IMG/VR virus record: IMGVR_UViG_3300037423_000611
Location: 1 to 64,000 of that record
Direction: 5' to 3' (one strand)
Source of the DNA: a virus
Lineage: Duplodnaviria; Caudoviricetes
DNA: 64,000 bases
In this document: in pieces, positions 28,022 to 38,886 of the stretch
How the letters are laid out: each line of letters opens with the position of its first letter
How positions within the stretch are numbered: the stretch's first letter is position 1
Position numbers and translations under genes: made by a program
The notes under the pieces: model-generated
Seen by the model: the letters and a program-made list of their open reading frames with translations, nothing else
Databases searched by the model: none
Told to the model about the DNA's origin: nothing

Positions 28022-28753
28022 TTAAGTGTTTATTTTAGACGCTAGATGATTTTTTAGTTCAGATGAATTAGGGTCAGATGAATGTGGTAATAAATATATC
28101 TGAGTTTCATAATTCTCCTTCATCATCAAGCGAATATAAATCGTATATAATTGATACACTGTTAAATCCCAAACGTTGAACATGTTCAAATTTCCACTAT
28201 AGGTGGCGACAATGCTAATAATGTCTGATAAGTTCAAACCTTCTTCAGCGTTTTTTTCTTTTACTTTTTGCCTGAAATGTTTTAGTTTCTCAATTAATTT
28301 TGCTGCCTTTTCGTCATGAGGATTAAATTGTTCTTCCTCTTCTTTATTGTCTTTAATAAAGTTCTGTTGTTTAACTAATCGAACAATCTCTTCATAAATC
28401 TCTGGAGTTATAATCCGTTGATGATTTATATCTCCTAAATAAAAAAATCCGCCTTGATGTAAGTGGATTTCTTCTTTAAACAATATATGTAATGCATGGA
28501 TAATCACATTTCGAAATGTCTCATCGCTTAAACTGCAAACCATTAGCGTTTCAAATTTGCTTAATTTTTTACCTTCAATTTTTAAAGTTTCTTGATTGAA
28601 TATGATTGAAGAAAGATATTGATTATATTTTAGTTCACCAATTTTAGATATTTCATCCAACTTTAGTGGGTGAATTTTACCAAATCGATAAACTTCAATT
28701 GGTAGACCACGGAGCAACTTCAAATCCATATCATTGTTTCCCATGACTATCAC
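28022..28753 (-). CDS. Conserved phage tail-region hypothetical protein
   Basis: IHPLKLDEI...NVWDLTVYQLY motifs; synteny. Confidence 0.6.
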   Translation of the reverse strand: MIVMGNNDMDLKLLRGLPIEVYRFGKIHPLKLDEISKIGELKYNQYLSSIIFNQETLKIEGKKLSKFETLMVCSLSDETFRNVIIHALHILFKEEIHLHQGGFFYLGDINHQRIITPEIYEEIVRLVKQQNFIKDNKEEEEQFNPHDEKAAKLIEKLKHFRQKVKEKNAEEGLNLSDIISIVATYSGNLNMFNVWDLTVYQLYTIYIRLMMKENYETQIYLLPHSSDPNSSELKNHLASKINT

Positions 28754-29227
28754 CTAATTCAATTCATTCATTTTATAAGCAATATAAATCCCAAAATACT
28801 TATCATTCACGTACATTTCATCCATTTTGTAAAATTGAGGTTTTCCAATTCCAATCCCTCTTTGTTGGTTCATCAACTTATCAATTTCAGACAAAATATA
28901 ATCTGACCTCAACCAACCGTAATCTGTTTGCATCAAGTTAATATGTACCAATACATTAATATAGATATATCCTGATTTAAATGAGGTGTTAACTAAGTCA
29001 TAGTTTCTAAATGACAAAGTGATATAATTGTTTGCATTATCATCTGCCACCGGAACAAATTTATAAGGATAAATTTTGTTGTAGATTAACACACTTGTAT
29101 CTTCAATATCGGGTTGATCTAAAAAATTAGATTGACTATAATTTAATGCCTTACAAATATTTTGAGAACCTAGCAATCGCATCATTATTGTTACTTTGTC
29201 ATTAGATAAATCCATTAATCGACTCAT
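28754..29227 (-). CDS. Putative tail terminator/neck protein
   Basis: IYPY..VP and ILSEID.LMN...GIG motifs; synteny. Confidence 0.5.
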   Translation of the reverse strand: MSRLMDLSNDKVTIMMRLLGSQNICKALNYSQSNFLDQPDIEDTSVLIYNKIYPYKFVPVADDNANNYITLSFRNYDLVNTSFKSGYIYINVLVHINLMQTDYGWLRSDYILSEIDKLMNQQRGIGIGKPQFYKMDEMYVNDKYFGIYIAYKMNELN

Positions 29228-29237
29228 TTTACACCTC

Positions 29238-30470
29238 CTAAATCAGACTCTTCATCTGTACTCTAAACCAACCAATGATACTGTTGTCACTCTGCAACAT
29301 AGTTCTTACCTGAACATATCCATTCGTAGCATTATTATTTACAACTGTACAACTCTTACCATCTTGACTTGATATTTTTGCTAATGTAGTAGTGGACACT
29401 TTATCGTCAGCAAATATATCAAATGTGACCAATTGGTCATTTACAACCACACCGTTATTGGTAACAGAACTAGTATACGTACTAGTTTGATTCTGTTTAA
29501 TTACACTAGACCCACTTATACTCACACTGTAATTATCCGTCACTACAGCAACCACATTTACACCTATTGTAGCGTAAATGGATGTATCGCTTGTCATCTC
29601 AACAGTAATTGTAGCACTACCACTCGTCACAGTAGTAACAAGTCCATTGCTATCTACGGTAGATATTGCAGTATCACTACTTGTATAAGTTAAACTTGGA
29701 CTACTCACTATGTTCCCATTGTCTGTAACAGTTATACTAAGTTGTAATGTGGAATTTGCGTTCATGGATACAGATGAACCATTAGTTATGGAGATTGCAT
29801 AGTTATGTGTAATATAATCACACACTCTTAAATCTACATTGTCAGTGGCCTCGTTTACTTGATCCTCTTCTAATGTTAGGTTAATCAGACCTGTGTTCAA
29901 ATTGCTAATGGAATTGACTTTCCAACAACGATTACCATCAAATATAAAACGCTGACCCTTTTTAATTTTAGATGTGTCTGCGTTATTCTGTATGGCAATA
30001 TATCTCCGTTCACTACCTAAAATGAGATAGTTATCTTGGTTGATCCCAAGGCTATTGTTATATGTTGTTGTAATGTAGAATGGGGCTTCTTTGATGGAAC
30101 CTGTGGAATCTTGCCATTTGATGGAAGAGACACACAACTCAATACTCCCTCGTCTATATATGCCACCCATATCATCTACAATCAAAGTCAACCAATAATC
30201 ATTTCCCCATTTAACCAAATCTCCAACAGATAAGGATGTAGAAAGTGCATCATCTGGTTTAGTGGTCAATCGTTTAAGAGATTTAGATTCTGAGTCATCA
30301 ACTATCCACACATCTGAGGGTGTGGGAGAAGAGTTGATGGTTACTTGGTAATAGGAAGGGGAATCATAAAATCCTGAAAGTATGCTTTGTTTCAGTGATT
30401 CCTTTTGAGAACCTAATATGCTTCCACCTCTTGCATCCAACAATTTTCTATAAGTGTCAAGATAACTCAT
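29238..30470 (-). CDS. Head-closure/adaptor protein with Ig-like (Big_2-type) domain
   Basis: YTSSD..ISTVDSNGLVT..TSGSATITV Ig motif; position after connector. Confidence 0.65.
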   Translation of the reverse strand: MSYLDTYRKLLDARGGSILGSQKESLKQSILSGFYDSPSYYQVTINSSPTPSDVWIVDDSESKSLKRLTTKPDDALSTSLSVGDLVKWGNDYWLTLIVDDMGGIYRRGSIELCVSSIKWQDSTGSIKEAPFYITTTYNNSLGINQDNYLILGSERRYIAIQNNADTSKIKKGQRFIFDGNRCWKVNSISNLNTGLINLTLEEDQVNEATDNVDLRVCDYITHNYAISITNGSSVSMNANSTLQLSITVTDNGNIVSSPSLTYTSSDTAISTVDSNGLVTTVTSGSATITVEMTSDTSIYATIGVNVVAVVTDNYSVSISGSSVIKQNQTSTYTSSVTNNGVVVNDQLVTFDIFADDKVSTTTLAKISSQDGKSCTVVNNNATNGYVQVRTMLQSDNSIIGWFRVQMKSLI

Positions 30471-30481
30471 ATGACACCACC

Positions 30482-30886
30482 TCAGTTTGTATAATGGTAA
30501 AGTGTCAATAAATCATTTACGTCACTTTCCAATACTTCTTTTAGATTAGTTATTTCTTTCAAAAGATTAGCCGGACTATATGTGGTGTAATCTTTACTCC
30601 CTAAAGTATTGTATAGATGTTTCTCACTCATTAACTTGGGCATCAGCCACTCTAGCCCCATAAAACTAGCCAATATGTTTTGTTCTTGAAGGCTTAACGT
30701 AATGTTAAATGTCCTATTTAAATCATCGCGATTATTTAAATCTTGAACACAATTATAAAATCTTGAAATTGCGACTTTGAGATATTTATCTGTAATTTCA
30801 TTTACCTCATCATCAAATAGTTTTGCCAATTCAAATGAAGTGATTTTATTTAAGAAAAAATCCCTTATCTCATCATACGAGGTCAT
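30482..30886 (-). CDS. Head-tail connector protein
   Basis: MTSYDEI..FL, KDY..YSPANLL motif; synteny. Confidence 0.65.
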   Translation of the reverse strand: MTSYDEIRDFFLNKITSFELAKLFDDEVNEITDKYLKVAISRFYNCVQDLNNRDDLNRTFNITLSLQEQNILASFMGLEWLMPKLMSEKHLYNTLGSKDYTTYSPANLLKEITNLKEVLESDVNDLLTLYHYTN

Positions 30887-30912
30887 TTCAACACCTCTCT
30901 TTATACAATAAA

Positions 30913-31356
30913 TTATTCGACATCTTCATAAATTTTCATTTTTGATTTTGCTTCGATTAGATCAATCTTTGCCTTACTATCAACCTTTAGTTCTCTTGCA
31001 ACCTCAACAAACTGTAAAACAATGGTTTGTTCATCAATTTCACCTAAAGCTTTTTCAAGTTTCTTGTAGTTACCTTGAACTAATTCCACAATTTCATCAT
31101 GACGAAGAACATTTTGATTCGTTTTAGTCCCATCTGGTTGTTCTAATCCAAGTTCTACTCTCTTTTCTTTGTCTTCAATCCAAAGCATTCCTTTTTGAAT
31201 AATTTCTTGATTGATATGAATATAATTTACTTCATCTTCTTCAATATCTAGGAACGCACCTTGTCTTGGTAAAAGTCTAAAAGACTCAGGAGTAGGGTTA
31301 AGATAGAAACCAAGTCCACCATGAATATTATTAACAACTTTAATTTTTCTTCCCAT
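30913..31356 (-). CDS. Conserved hypothetical head-associated protein
   Basis: ORF directly after major capsid with good SD. Confidence 0.6.
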   Translation of the reverse strand: MGRKIKVVNNIHGGLGFYLNPTPESFRLLPRQGAFLDIEEDEVNYIHINQEIIQKGMLWIEDKEKRVELGLEQPDGTKTNQNVLRHDEIVELVQGNYKKLEKALGEIDEQTIVLQFVEVARELKVDSKAKIDLIEAKSKMKIYEDVE

Positions 31357-31448
31357 TAGAATAAATCCTCCTTATAATAAATAATTATTTTAATAGCAAT
31401 AAATATACAGAGGGGACAGGGGGATTAATCCCCTCTGTCAAAATTTAA

Positions 31449-32414
31449 TTAAGAAATAGTAATTAGACCAAGGTTAGGAACTTGAAGTACGTTTACTCCA
31501 ACCTTTTGAAGTGTCTTCTTAGTTACAGAACCATCATCAAAAGATTGTTGTTCAAGCATTTCGGCTCCGCCTTCGAACGTTACTTTTACAGGCTTGTCAG
31601 CCCCAACTGGCATAACGTAGATGTAGTTGTTGCTTAAAGTCCAAGTAGTGTTCGTTTCATCAGTGAATGTATTAGGAAGTTGAACTAGTGCGCGACCTTC
31701 CCATACACCAATAAATCCATCGCGATTGAAAGCGTCTTTCATGGTATCAGACATAGCAGATTTAAAGTTAGAATCACTAGTAATGTTAGATAGTGCAATA
31801 GCAGTACCAACAATTACAGGGCGACCATATGCAGAAACAGTGTTTGCTACGTTACGAACTTGAGCAAGAGAAAACGCACCGGAATACTTATTGGCAGCAG
31901 GTGCAGAACCCATTGCTGTAACGAATGTATTTTGGATAGTCTTTAATACTTCTTCATTGATTGCATCTGCAATTTCATTGATCATATCAGTGAAGGATTC
32001 AGCGCGACCTGCAAGAATATCATCCCACTCAGCATAAACGCTTGCGCCTAATGCTTTAGGTTGAGCAGTAATTTTACCCTTGTAGATTTTTTGTCTACGG
32101 ATTTCAGAACCAAGAGCAACGTATTCAACTTTTAATTTTCCGTTGCGAACGTTGTATTCTTTCTTTTCTCCATGTCCAACATAAGTTACATCAGCAATAA
32201 TATCCAATGCTCCATCAACTTTAACTTTAAGAACTTCATTTACGTTTTCTTTGATGATTGCGTTAATTTCAGTTTTGTTACGATCATAATCCTTGATTAA
32301 AATGCTAAACAACTCGACTAATTCAGCCTTACGTTGTTCCGCAGTTTGTCCTTCTACAGAAGAACGTCCGTATCTTACGTCCATGCAAAGTTCTAAAACT
32401 TTATTCTTATCCAT
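31449..32414 (-). CDS. Major capsid protein
   Basis: 321 aa after protease/scaffold and decoration genes; HK97-like features; highly expressed-type codon usage. Confidence 0.85.
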   Translation of the reverse strand: MDKNKVLELCMDVRYGRSSVEGQTAEQRKAELVELFSILIKDYDRNKTEINAIIKENVNEVLKVKVDGALDIIADVTYVGHGEKKEYNVRNGKLKVEYVALGSEIRRQKIYKGKITAQPKALGASVYAEWDDILAGRAESFTDMINEIADAINEEVLKTIQNTFVTAMGSAPAANKYSGAFSLAQVRNVANTVSAYGRPVIVGTAIALSNITSDSNFKSAMSDTMKDAFNRDGFIGVWEGRALVQLPNTFTDETNTTWTLSNNYIYVMPVGADKPVKVTFEGGAEMLEQQSFDDGSVTKKTLQKVGVNVLQVPNLGLITIS

Positions 32415-32451
32415 CTATGTATTCCTCCTATTATATAATTGATAATTTTAA

Positions 32452-32922
32452 TTATGCTACTTCAACTTGTAATACAATTGCATCTTTACCATTCAATGCA
32501 GTCTTTTCGATTACACGGAATTTCTGTGCAGGTGGTGTAGTACCAGGGAAAGTGGAAGCAACTGTGAATTTACCTCCAACTTTAGCATAAGCATAATCTC
32601 CAACTACAACAGCAGCAAAATTAGCACGATCTCCACTAAAGTCAATTTGAGTAGTTGTGAAAATGTCATCAACTTCCAATGTGTATACTCTTGCTTCCAT
32701 ACCACCTACTTCATTGCGGAAATCAGACTCATCTAGAGAGTCATAAAGATTTGCAACTGAAGCTACTAAACGCTGTTTTTTAGTTGCATCAGTGGTAGCA
32801 GCAATTTTATTTGTTGCGTAGTTTACCTCTGCCAAAACACCATTTTCAATCGCTGTATCAAAACCATAACCTAAAGCATGTCCTTTTACTAAATCCAATC
32901 TACAAATGCCGTATGCACCCAT
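32452..32922 (-). CDS. Capsid decoration/minor head protein
   Basis: Between scaffold and capsid; IENG...and DIFTT motifs. Confidence 0.65.
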   Translation of the reverse strand: MGAYGICRLDLVKGHALGYGFDTAIENGVLAEVNYATNKIAATTDATKKQRLVASVANLYDSLDESDFRNEVGGMEARVYTLEVDDIFTTTQIDFSGDRANFAAVVVGDYAYAKVGGKFTVASTFPGTTPPAQKFRVIEKTALNGKDAIVLQVEVA

Positions 32923-32968
32923 CGTATAATTCCTCCTTATAATTTAAAAAAATTTATTTTATATTTAA

Positions 32969-34459
32969 TTAACCCTGTAAACCGTATTTTTGAAGCAAGG
33001 TTTGAGGGATTAAATCTTCTTGTTTAGAAGCTGTTACTACTACTTGTTCAGTTTTAGAGTTTGTCTCAATAACTTTTTCTTTAGCAATTTCTTCAACTAC
33101 AATACTGTTGAGTTCGATTTCATTGCATTCTTCAAGAGCGTTAACTACTCTTTCAGACTTCATAGTGTCTTCTGGGAGTAATTTTGAAAACTTCTCAACT
33201 AGAGCAGTCTTCTTTGCTTCTTTTTCAGCAACCTCAACCTGTTCTTTGTATTTAGATAGGTCTTCGATTTGGGAGTTTAATTCAGAAACTTGTCCCTCAA
33301 GAGATTTCTTAGACTCTTCTTGGGATACGATAGTTCCGTTTAATTCAGCAACCTTAGAGTTAAGTTCATCAACTTTTACATTTGCAGCATCAAGTTGAGA
33401 TTGAAGTTCTTTAATTTGTTCTTCAGTCATTCCTTGTTCCTCCTTCAATTTGTTATTTAATTCAGTTACTTGCTGCTCTTTATCAACAAGCAACTGATTA
33501 ATATTTGTCCCCACTGGTTGATATGTAATTTCTACTTGTTGCCAAGAATCCTTTGCGTCAAGTGAAACAACGTTGTTTGTAATCGAATAATTAGCCTTAA
33601 ACATCACTGCCGAATTATCCCAGTCTTCTAGAATAACATATGTCTGATACAATTCTCTAATCCAGTAAGTGTATGTTCTTTCATCTGTCTGAGGATCAAT
33701 GGGATTGACGAGATTATACAATTGATCTCTAATATCCCCATATGATAATTCATTAGTTTCAACCTTACCATGATATTTGACTTCATATCCTTTATTAAAT
33801 AAAGCCTTTTCAGGTTTTGACATAGGCTCATCTCCTTTCTTATTTGATTTCAAATCTTGTTGCACAGCACTCGCTACCTCTCTTTGGAAGATATTTGTTA
33901 CTCCAGCATCAGAATCAGCAGGTGTAACAGAACTACCTAATAGACAATTTGCAAGGTAACTATAATTAGTAGGGTATCTATATTGCTTTGTTGGATTATC
34001 TCCAAACTGATATATTTCAACCTCAACAGAACTTGTGCTTTGATTATCATTAAATAGACGTTCTATACAACTCATAATTTGAGGGTATTTATAACTCCAA
34101 ACAACTGCTTTCGCATACAACGCCTTTTTAACTGTTTCATCATTTATTTTATAATCATCTATCCAAACATCAGTAATAGTTCCAATAGCGAGAGTCCTAA
34201 GTTCTACTATATGACCATTTTCGTCAAATACAGGTTCGTGATCACCTAAATCATCTTGAAGTGGATAATAGGAGCAAACAACAGGCTTATCAATAAGAGT
34301 ATTCATAAATTGCTTTGTGTGTTCTTCTCTAAAGTCTAATCCATTTCCATTTACATGGTCTAATTTATGAACCAACATAGTGATTTCTCTTGTATTAGAA
34401 TCTTTATTTGAAATTTCGATGATGGTGGAGTTAAGTGTGAGTTTTTCTGTCACTTTCAC
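32969..34459 (-). CDS. Prohead protease fused to coiled-coil scaffold
   Basis: GTG 34459 after AGGAGG; NGNG..F, DLGDHE, SSVEVEI, NCLLG protease motifs; E/K-rich C-terminus. Confidence 0.8.
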   Translation of the reverse strand: MKVTEKLTLNSTIIEISNKDSNTREITMLVHKLDHVNGNGLDFREEHTKQFMNTLIDKPVVCSYYPLQDDLGDHEPVFDENGHIVELRTLAIGTITDVWIDDYKINDETVKKALYAKAVVWSYKYPQIMSCIERLFNDNQSTSSVEVEIYQFGDNPTKQYRYPTNYSYLANCLLGSSVTPADSDAGVTNIFQREVASAVQQDLKSNKKGDEPMSKPEKALFNKGYEVKYHGKVETNELSYGDIRDQLYNLVNPIDPQTDERTYTYWIRELYQTYVILEDWDNSAVMFKANYSITNNVVSLDAKDSWQQVEITYQPVGTNINQLLVDKEQQVTELNNKLKEEQGMTEEQIKELQSQLDAANVKVDELNSKVAELNGTIVSQEESKKSLEGQVSELNSQIEDLSKYKEQVEVAEKEAKKTALVEKFSKLLPEDTMKSERVVNALEECNEIELNSIVVEEIAKEKVIETNSKTEQVVVTASKQEDLIPQTLLQKYGLQG

Positions 34460-34589
34460 ATTCACCTCCTTTCGAACATGAATCACATTCACATTTTTTA
34501 CTTGTGCCAAATTCTAACCATGATAATTCTTTTGTGGATTGACTGTTAAGTTCAGATGTAGAGAAATGCTGCCATTGTTTTTGAGACAT
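34431..34589 (-). CDS. Putative 52-aa Cys-containing peptide
   Basis: ATG 34589 after AAAGGTGGTG SD just past the portal stop; CECDSC motif. Confidence 0.4.
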   Translation of the reverse strand: MSQKQWQHFSTSELNSQSTKELSWLEFGTSKKCECDSCSKGGECESDRKTHT

Positions 34590-34602
34590 AGTATCACCAC
34601 CT

Positions 34603-36123
34603 TTAATCTGAAGGGGATGGATTATCATTGGACCCATTGCCCTGACTCTTTGCCGTATTATCATTGGTTGGATTTGAATTAGACGGTCTTCCACCTGAAT
34701 TATCCCCTGATTGCGTGTATGAGGTAATATGAATAGGAAGAATTTCATCCAATTTAAGAACTTCATTCTCATATTTAACTTGGGCAAGCCAGTGATCGAA
34801 GTCATATCCGGCAGACTCAACATAATGTTTGAGACTTCCACGACCTTTAAGATATAAAGATTCGGCTTGTTTAAAACCTGTCTCTTTGTCGAGAATAGTT
34901 GCACGACTAAATTTAATTTTAGGATTAAAGTTGCCACTTGGCACAAGGAAACTCATATATTCATTTAGAGCCTCTTCTACATCTTTAACTAAATAGAAAA
35001 TAATAGAATAAATTTTCTCTACGTTTATGGTGCTGGAACCAAAACTTTGTCCATTACCACCACCTGAGTTAAGGCTCTGACTATAACCCAACTTTTTGTA
35101 AATATCACTATCAATTCGTTCCCATATTTCTTTTGGAAAAGTAGTCATATTTATTTCCAACTCCTGTATTTCTACAAAAGAAGGAACGGTTAAAGGCGCA
35201 GTGGAAGCATTGTCCGTAGAAGCACTATCATATTTCTTCTGTAATAGGCTTTTAAGATTATTGTGATATTGTTGCACAAGTTCTTTTGGAACAGGCAAGC
35301 TTGTTTTCCCATCTTGTCCTATCAAATTACCAATCTTTTGCACGATAATTTGATTAGTTATACGATCAGCTAATGCCTTCTCAGTTTTCTCAAGTAAATC
35401 TTTATGTATGATCGAACTTAAGGCAGGAATGCAATAAGGAATGCCAAATGGTTCATTCCTTGAACCTCTTAATTTAAACACTTGTGTTTTTTTGATATCC
35501 AATGGAACATATCTTTTAGATGAGTCCTTTTTGTAGGCATTGTAGATACCTATAGTTACTTCATCAGGAGCAGCATTAATTTGTTGCTCTAATCCATCCT
35601 TTAATTTAAATGAATCAAAGTAACTTAAATCAAACAAAACCTGCCACTTTCCATCAACCATGTATTCAATTCTTATCTGCTCATTATCCAAAAATTGGAT
35701 ATATTTATTTTTACGATTATACCAAACGCATGTTCCTTCTTGAATTACAGTAAATATGGTGTCGCGTGTGAGCCTGTCAACTTTAATGGAATTGAGGAAA
35801 GTATCTATAGTTTTCTTTTTTGAATTAAAACTTTTTTGCTGCATATTTTCCCAAAGAATAGAATAACTAAGAATTGGGAGAACGTTAAAAAGATCGTAAA
35901 CGTCAGTTACGATTCCTTCTTTGTTGTAGTAATATTTACTTAATTTAATTAATTGTTTCCTGTAGCGTGGAGGATTCTTTAGCCATGTCAGGAGGTCTTT
36001 GATGCTTACATCAACTAATCCTGCACCACTTGAAAAAGACTGAATCCATTCAGCAAACGAAGCCAATTCATAAAAAGATTGGTCTATTAAAGATTTATTT
36101 TCTATTGTAATCACCCCTTTCAA
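34603..36123 (-). CDS. Portal protein
   Basis: 506 aa after terminase; RxSxYxY, EPFGIP, YKKLG motifs. Confidence 0.8.
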   Translation of the reverse strand: MKGVITIENKSLIDQSFYELASFAEWIQSFSSGAGLVDVSIKDLLTWLKNPPRYRKQLIKLSKYYYNKEGIVTDVYDLFNVLPILSYSILWENMQQKSFNSKKKTIDTFLNSIKVDRLTRDTIFTVIQEGTCVWYNRKNKYIQFLDNEQIRIEYMVDGKWQVLFDLSYFDSFKLKDGLEQQINAAPDEVTIGIYNAYKKDSSKRYVPLDIKKTQVFKLRGSRNEPFGIPYCIPALSSIIHKDLLEKTEKALADRITNQIIVQKIGNLIGQDGKTSLPVPKELVQQYHNNLKSLLQKKYDSASTDNASTAPLTVPSFVEIQELEINMTTFPKEIWERIDSDIYKKLGYSQSLNSGGGNGQSFGSSTINVEKIYSIIFYLVKDVEEALNEYMSFLVPSGNFNPKIKFSRATILDKETGFKQAESLYLKGRGSLKHYVESAGYDFDHWLAQVKYENEVLKLDEILPIHITSYTQSGDNSGGRPSNSNPTNDNTAKSQGNGSNDNPSPSD

Positions 36124-36126
36124 TGG

Positions 36127-37908
36127 TTAGTTGTAGAAGAAGAAATTGTAATCATCGTGATTATCTTCTTTAAACAATGACCTTTCCAATTCAGATGCGA
36201 TAAAGTTTCCGTATGTTACAGAACTATAACGGTCTTTGCGCTTGGATCTTGGCTCCTTGAGTTTAATTAAACCACTATCTGTTCTTTCTCCTTCAAGGTT
36301 AATCATTTCGTTAATAAGAAGAGTGGTTTGAATAAATGGTGCTTCAAAAGTTGTTTGTATGTCCAAAGGCAAATCTTTAAATTTACTAAGTTTCTTTAAA
36401 AACTCTTTTCCTTCAAGTTCACTTGTAAGTAATTTTACTTTACCTCTTTTTAATCCATCTCGAAGAGTTATAGCGCATTCACTATTGAATTGAGCATTAC
36501 CCTTGATGCTATAAATAACTTTTTTGGCTTGAGGATATGCGCATCTATCGCTCATTTTTTCGTCATTTATACAATTCCAAGGTTCGTATTCTTTATTTCT
36601 GTCTTTGTCATAAAGTGGTTGAACTAATTGGTCATAAATTCCAAGACCAATACTCTGTGTATCTAGAACAAGATAATCACAATCAAAGTCTTCATATAAC
36701 TGTCTAATTCTTGTGGCCTGCGTAACAGTATGACCGCCCACCATGCTCTCCATGTAAACAATATGGCGGTCAAAACCCTTAGAAGTTGGAATTAATCTAA
36801 AAATAGTGTACACACTGGCATCGTTCTCTTTTCCTGCCATACCTGCAATATCACAACTTATGAGTCTAATTTCGCCCATTCTCTTTGTTTCATATGTGAA
36901 ATTTTTATCTTTGACTATTGAATAATAATCTTTAGGGTATAAAGGCCTTGGCAACTTTCTATTTTTCTCAAGTTCCTCAAATTTAAAGAATGCTTTTTCT
37001 GATTCACCAAAGAATAGACATTCCATCTCCATATACCATGCGACCTCATCGAAATCATCTTCTGACATTTCATCTTTTACTTGTTCTTCATCAAGTAAAT
37101 TCTCTTTAATTGCCAATTGGTACGGCAAACCACAAACAAAATATTGTTTACCTTCTGACATTGAATTAAAGAAACTCTTTAACTTTTCCCATGACCAATG
37201 GTGTTGGTACCACGCGGAACTTAAATATATTTCCTTGTTTCTTTCTTTCAAGTGTGCATATTCGGGTTTATTTAAATATTTTGGCTGTCTCGGAGCAGAA
37301 AGGAATTTACGCAAAACAGTGTTTATAATACTTAAATCAATCATTCGAAACTCGTCAGCGATAATACAGTTTGCTCTTTTACTTCGCGCATTCTGATTCG
37401 AAGCGACTACTTTTATCCAACTACCATTGTGAAATTCTACCTTTGGGTCATTTGATGAAGTACTTAAATCACTAATCTCTCTATGTAAGTTAGGCGAATT
37501 TTTCCTAAGATCATCTATCTTTTCAATTACTTCTCTTGCTTGACCTTTAGTACCACTGGCTATGACAATTTTCGTTTCAGGCCAAAGTATTGCCCGAACG
37601 CAACAGTAGATCGCAGTAATCCAAGTTTTTCCTTGACCTCTAGAAGCAAGATACATAAAATAGTGATTGTAATTCATCATATACATCAAAATAACTTGAA
37701 ATAATTTTAGATGTATACCTAAATATTCTCTTACAAATCTATGTGGATTTGCTCTATAGAAACTTGCCCAAATACCAATACCATTCATTAATTTATCTGA
37801 CTTTGTTAATTTGTCGTTGTTTTTGTTAAAATTACGACCTTTATTAAATATATTGATACCTTTGTGTTCTTTGTTTCTTTGAACTTGGAAGTTTTGAATT
37901 CCAGCCAT
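36127..37908 (-). CDS. terL: Terminase large subunit
   Basis: Walker A ASRGQGKT, Walker B IIADEF, YLSSA, nuclease ISCDIA and KDRYSS; start revised to ATG 37908. Confidence 0.92.
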   Translation of the reverse strand: MAGIQNFQVQRNKEHKGINIFNKGRNFNKNNDKLTKSDKLMNGIGIWASFYRANPHRFVREYLGIHLKLFQVILMYMMNYNHYFMYLASRGQGKTWITAIYCCVRAILWPETKIVIASGTKGQAREVIEKIDDLRKNSPNLHREISDLSTSSNDPKVEFHNGSWIKVVASNQNARSKRANCIIADEFRMIDLSIINTVLRKFLSAPRQPKYLNKPEYAHLKERNKEIYLSSAWYQHHWSWEKLKSFFNSMSEGKQYFVCGLPYQLAIKENLLDEEQVKDEMSEDDFDEVAWYMEMECLFFGESEKAFFKFEELEKNRKLPRPLYPKDYYSIVKDKNFTYETKRMGEIRLISCDIAGMAGKENDASVYTIFRLIPTSKGFDRHIVYMESMVGGHTVTQATRIRQLYEDFDCDYLVLDTQSIGLGIYDQLVQPLYDKDRNKEYEPWNCINDEKMSDRCAYPQAKKVIYSIKGNAQFNSECAITLRDGLKRGKVKLLTSELEGKEFLKKLSKFKDLPLDIQTTFEAPFIQTTLLINEMINLEGERTDSGLIKLKEPRSKRKDRYSSVTYGNFIASELERSLFKEDNHDDYNFFFYN

Positions 37909-37909
37909 T

Positions 37910-38845
37910 CTATACCACACCCTTATCCGAATCTTCCTCAAACTCAGGTGCTTCCACTTTATATTTATTAATTTCTTCATCGTACTCTTTTGAATGTTCA
38001 TTTTTAATTCCTAGCATCTTACTCAAATGACCAAGGAACCAAACATTGACATACTTACGTACTCCATCTACGTCTTTCCATGCTTCATCCGGTTCTGGAA
38101 TAGGCTTTTCATTCTCATACTTTTTAATAAGAGTGCCAAATGTAGCCTGTTCAACAGCATTTGCACCTGTTTCTTGGGCAGGTTTAATATTAGCACTTCC
38201 AAGCAAATCTTGTAGGGTTTTTAATTCTTTATCAACCGAATCGCCTTTTTCACGTCTCTTTTTAATAGTCAAACGCTGTTGTGCTGCTTCTTGAAATAAT
38301 AATTCCATAGCATAAGAGTCACATTCGTAAGAGTTCAACAATCTTTGATATTCATTGGTTAAAAAATAATACTCATCTTGGTTCAGACCTCTTCCCCAAA
38401 ATTCTTGTAACTCATACAACTCTTCTGTGGTGAATAATGGATTATTATTTTTTATATCTAGTTCAATATTATCTTTGTCTACTGTTTTATAAACAATTTG
38501 TTGATTTGATGCATTGAAATCACTATCAGCAAATGTTTTTCCTCTATACTGAGGAAAAGAACTCAATTGAGGTATGTATTTAGTCCAATCACTTCCTCTG
38601 CTTATCCACAAATCCATGATTAGAGGTTTATTTAAAATAGCCAAGACCATTTTTACACGATCTAAATATCCAACACTGTCTTTTTCACCAATGTAATCAT
38701 TTAAACATTTTTTACAAATTACAGATTTTTGAGTTGAAAACAACTCATTCTCATTCATATAATAATTAGAATCAGCTAATTGTCTTTTACACTTTAAACA
38801 TTCCAATTTTTCAGATTGGGGTTTTTGAACTTTTTTTCGTGCCAT
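37910..38845 (-). CDS. Zn-finger protein, probable terminase small subunit
   Basis: CLKC...CKKC; [37 protein letters not shown]; immediately upstream of terL. Confidence 0.55.
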   Translation of the reverse strand: MARKKVQKPQSEKLECLKCKRQLADSNYYMNENELFSTQKSVICKKCLNDYIGEKDSVGYLDRVKMVLAILNKPLIMDLWISRGSDWTKYIPQLSSFPQYRGKTFADSDFNASNQQIVYKTVDKDNIELDIKNNNPLFTTEELYELQEFWGRGLNQDEYYFLTNEYQRLLNSYECDSYAMELLFQEAAQQRLTIKKRREKGDSVDKELKTLQDLLGSANIKPAQETGANAVEQATFGTLIKKYENEKPIPEPDEAWKDVDGVRKYVNVWFLGHLSKMLGIKNEHSKEYDEEINKYKVEAPEFEEDSDKGVV

Positions 38846-38886
38846 TGTCTCACCACCTTTTTTGCAAAACAAAACAAAAAGAGGTG

